This document shows positions 61,210 to 64,000 of a DNA stretch of 64,000 nucleotides, in pieces. This DNA comes from Abditibacterium sp. (GTDB lineage Bacteria; Armatimonadota; Abditibacteriia; Abditibacteriales; Abditibacteriaceae). The notes under the pieces are model-generated. The model saw only the letters and a list, made by a program, of their open reading frames with translations. It made no database searches and had not been told where the DNA came from. Where the stretch lies: NCBI GenBank assembly GCA_965199495.1, contig CBDASK010000003.1, positions 288,001 through 352,000 on the forward strand, written 5' to 3'. The position numbers and the translations under genes were made by a program. How positions within the stretch are numbered: the first letter of the stretch is position 1; the number at the start of each line of letters is the position of its first letter.

Positions 61210-63431
61210 CAGGCTGGCGGCGCGATTTCGACGGCAAAGGCGATGGCGCCGAATTCCCCGTCCCACGATTCCTGCGCGGCGCTGTAAGCGGGCGCTTTGT
61301 ATTCGCCGGTCGCGGGCACGCGCACCAAGCCGTAAATCACTTTATATTTGCCGGGCCGCGCGGGTGCGGTCAAATCGAAATCCCACTTAGTGCGCGCGCC
61401 GGGCGCGACGGCTTCGCGCAACCAGAAAAAGTTCCACTGGCGCCGCGTGCCCGTCGAAAAATCCACCCAACGCGCCACAACGCGCACGCGGTTGGCGCCG
61501 CTACTGCCAGTTTCCCAGTTCGAGGTGCCGCGATTGATGCCCCAAAACGTGACGCTGGCTTTTTGTCCCGGCGCCATGCGCGCGGGCGTCCCCGACACGT
61601 TAAATTGCGCGACAAATGGCGCATCCGTCGCGGCGGGCACATCACCGTAATTGGCGTCGTCGGCGTTCGCACCGGTTGAATCGGAATTGTTATCGTCGGG
61701 CGCGCTGTTTTCAATAGTGGGAGTGCCGGGCAATTGAATTGGCGGAATCGCGGGAAGGGGAACGGGCGAAGTTTTGACGGGTGGCGGCACGCGCATCGGC
61801 TCGATGGGAACGATGGGAATTTGCGCCGTTGTCGGCGTTTTGCCGGGCGTTTTCGGCGGATCAATCGGCGAGATTTGTGGAATTGGCGGAATGATAAAAG
61901 GCGGAATCGAAGACGAGTCCGGCGCCTGAACCGATGGGAATGTCGGCAATTCGTCGTTGTCTTTGTCATCGGGCGCGGGCACAGCAACCGGCAAATCGGG
62001 CGCACCGATGGGCGAGGTTTCGATGGCCGACGATTCGGGGCGCGACAGTTCGACTTTGGGCGGCAATGCAGGCGTCTCGGCGGGCAACGGCAATTTGATG
62101 CGCAACAAACTTTGGGTGGCGCCGCCCAGACCGCTCAGGCTCAGGCGAAACGTCCATTTTCCTTTGGCGCGCGCGGGTGGATTCCAGAAAGCCAAAACGC
62201 GATTGCCCTGCGCGTCCAATAAAGGCGATGTCGGCGGAAAGGGCACGTCCAAAGTTTCCCAGTGGCGCGGCTTTTCGCCCGCGCCAACTTCGAGTTGGAC
62301 GATGGAACTGCTGGCGCCGCGCAACGCCCCGATAATCGCGATGCCTTCGCTGGCCGAACGCACCTGCGAAAGTTGAGCCACCGGCAAGTCATAGGGCGTG
62401 GGATTATCCACGATTAGACGCGCGCCACGCGGAACATTGGCCGTTTCGCTGCTTGGCACTTCGCCACTTGGCACATTGAGCAATGGCGTGACCCACAAAG
62501 TGCGCACGCCATTTTGCGGCGCATCGAAGGCCAACGTCGTTCCATCGGGCGAGACCGCCGGGCGCCGCGCGTTTGCGGTGCCATTAAGCACGCGCAATCC
62601 TGAACCGTCGCGCGCGATGACGTATAAATTGGGCGGCGCACCCGCCGATTTTTTCGCCGAAAAAACGAGGCCGTTGGCACCCAAAACGGTCGCCTCGCCG
62701 CCGCCGCCAATCACAAGGCGCGGCGACGAACCCGGCGTCGTCCAATACAAACCGCGCGCTTTGGGCACCAGACTTTCCACCAAAAGCGACTTGTTATCGA
62801 GCCAGACCGGTTGCCGCGCGGCGTCCGCAACGGGCGTAACTTCGGGTATAAGACGTTGCGTTGAATTAGTTGTCGAAGCGGTGTAAACGCGCATATCGGC
62901 GCCCTGCCCGCCCGCGAACGCGACGCGCGATCCGTCGGGCGAAACGCGCGGCGAATCGTAGAAACGCACGCCATCGGAAAGCGCCGTCCACACTTGTTCA
63001 GGCAAATCGAAACGCACGATTTGCGCGATCCGCGAAGTCTGATTCGAGTTGGCTAACGCGTTGGAAACGCACACCAAAGCGCGCTGGCCCGGCAACAGCG
63101 CGGGCTGCGCGGCATAGCGCGGCGCGCGCAAATCAGTGATGGGAAGGGCGCGCCACGCCGGAAAACGCGAATCGTCCTGCGGATCGGGAAAAGCGCGCCA
63201 GATATTGCGCGTGCCGCCGCGTTCGAGCGTAAAATATACGCCGCCGCCGCGCTCTTCCCACGCCACGTCCGAAGGCGAACCCGCGAGCGGCGAACCATCG
63301 CTCGAAATCAAGCGTAGCGGACGCGGCGCGCCCGCGCGCGGCAGTTCACCCGTCGCGGCAAAAGCGCGCGTTGGCAAAGCGCAAGTGGAGGACAAAAAGG
63401 CGCATAACAGCAACCAGAAAAAATATCGCAC
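61209..63431 (-). CDS. Exported TolB-like beta-propeller protein with Pro-rich linker and C-terminal Ig-like domain
   Basis: Signal peptide from GTG at 63431; SPDG..(V/L)AF repeats; Pro-rich region; APARPGKY. Confidence 0.75.
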   Translation of the reverse strand: MRYFFWLLLCAFLSSTCALPTRAFAATGELPRAGAPRPLRLISSDGSPLAGSPSDVAWEERGGGVYFTLERGGTRNIWRAFPDPQDDSRFPAWRALPITDLRAPRYAAQPALLPGQRALVCVSNALANSNQTSRIAQIVRFDLPEQVWTALSDGVRFYDSPRVSPDGSRVAFAGGQGADMRVYTASTTNSTQRLIPEVTPVADAARQPVWLDNKSLLVESLVPKARGLYWTTPGSSPRLVIGGGGEATVLGANGLVFSAKKSAGAPPNLYVIARDGSGLRVLNGTANARRPAVSPDGTTLAFDAPQNGVRTLWVTPLLNVPSGEVPSSETANVPRGARLIVDNPTPYDLPVAQLSQVRSASEGIAIIGALRGASSSIVQLEVGAGEKPRHWETLDVPFPPTSPLLDAQGNRVLAFWNPPARAKGKWTFRLSLSGLGGATQSLLRIKLPLPAETPALPPKVELSRPESSAIETSPIGAPDLPVAVPAPDDKDNDELPTFPSVQAPDSSSIPPFIIPPIPQISPIDPPKTPGKTPTTAQIPIVPIEPMRVPPPVKTSPVPLPAIPPIQLPGTPTIENSAPDDNNSDSTGANADDANYGDVPAATDAPFVAQFNVSGTPARMAPGQKASVTFWGINRGTSNWETGSSGANRVRVVARWVDFSTGTRRQWNFFWLREAVAPGARTKWDFDLTAPARPGKYKVIYGLVRVPATGEYKAPAYSAAQESWDGEFGAIAFAVEIAPPA

Positions 63432-63570
63432 AGTGCCCACAGTGTGCGCGCACACTGCCAGCGCCGTCAATTGAAAATGCGCGATTGAAAGTGCCGAAAC
63501 TCGAAGAAACGACTTTCTCTTCCCCGATGCAGCCACGCCGTCGGGCGACGTGGCTGCATCGAGGGGCAAG

Positions 63571-64000
63571 TTACGGCGCGCAACCGTTGCCGATCATATC
63601 GTAGGCTGGCGGCGTGTGGTCGTGAGCAACGGCCATAATCGTCTGCTCCAGAATGCCCGCCAATTGTTCGGTCACGCCTTCGTAGGTGCGCTCGACCAAA
63701 CCGTGCGCGTTGATCACCACAAACGCGGGCACGCGCGTGATGTCGAACGCCGCGTGCAATTGGCCCGAAGTATCGGCTGTAACGGGGAAATCCAAATTTT
63801 TGGCATTGGCGAAATTGGTCGCGTCGGTTTCGCTATCGTTGCCCACGGCGATGCCCGCCAAAATGAAGTCGAGTTTTTCGTGGCGCCGGTAAACGTCGGC
63901 GAGTTGCGGCATCTCGGAGGCGCACCAGGGGCAATCGGAACGAAAGAAATTGAGGATGACCGGTTGGTCATCGCGTTCGATATCGAGTTTTTGCAGCAGT
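63571..64000 (-). CDS. TlpA/redoxin-family thioredoxin-fold protein (3' part)
   Basis: VILNFFRSDCPWCASEMPQL with CxxC; cis-Pro loop RVP. Confidence 0.85.
   Translation of the reverse strand, partial: LLQKLDIERDDQPVILNFFRSDCPWCASEMPQLADVYRRHEKLDFILAGIAVGNDSETDATNFANAKNLDFPVTADTSGQLHAAFDITRVPAFVVINAHGLVERTYEGVTEQLAGILEQTIMAVAHDHTPPAYDMIGNGCAP

Overview
A 64-kb bacterial chromosomal window of roughly 55-57% GC by eye. Gene content and style suggest Abditibacteriota/Armatimonadota, but this is inference. It carries housekeeping genes (ilvC, ftsZ, rpiB, tRNA-His, thiD, pyk, cmk, GuaB3-type IMPDH, guaA, hpt, rho, clpC), several signalling genes (a 1780-aa Ser/Thr kinase-AAA-GAF-His kinase, other histidine kinases, response regulators, an ECF sigma factor) and one IS630 element interrupting a gene. 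No CRISPR array, rRNA or prophage was seen. Most notable: (1) a strongly over-represented, non-palindromic, strand-balanced and frame-independent motif CGTGGCT(GC) that forms inverted pairs at gene ends, as DNA-uptake sequences do; (2) two ATPase-less genes made of tandem ClpC N-domain repeats next to clpC, candidate decoys or adaptors; (3) a DUF559 nuclease gene abutting a perfect 89-bp BoxC-like inverted repeat, with a nuclease-free related copy elsewhere; (4) sigma54-type promoters before two paralogous acidic glycine-zipper genes and an SRPBCC gene; (5) four distinct families of intergenic palindromic elements, including a composite MITE; (6) an SprT-like gene that appears to start leaderless at ATC. 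All counts were made by hand.
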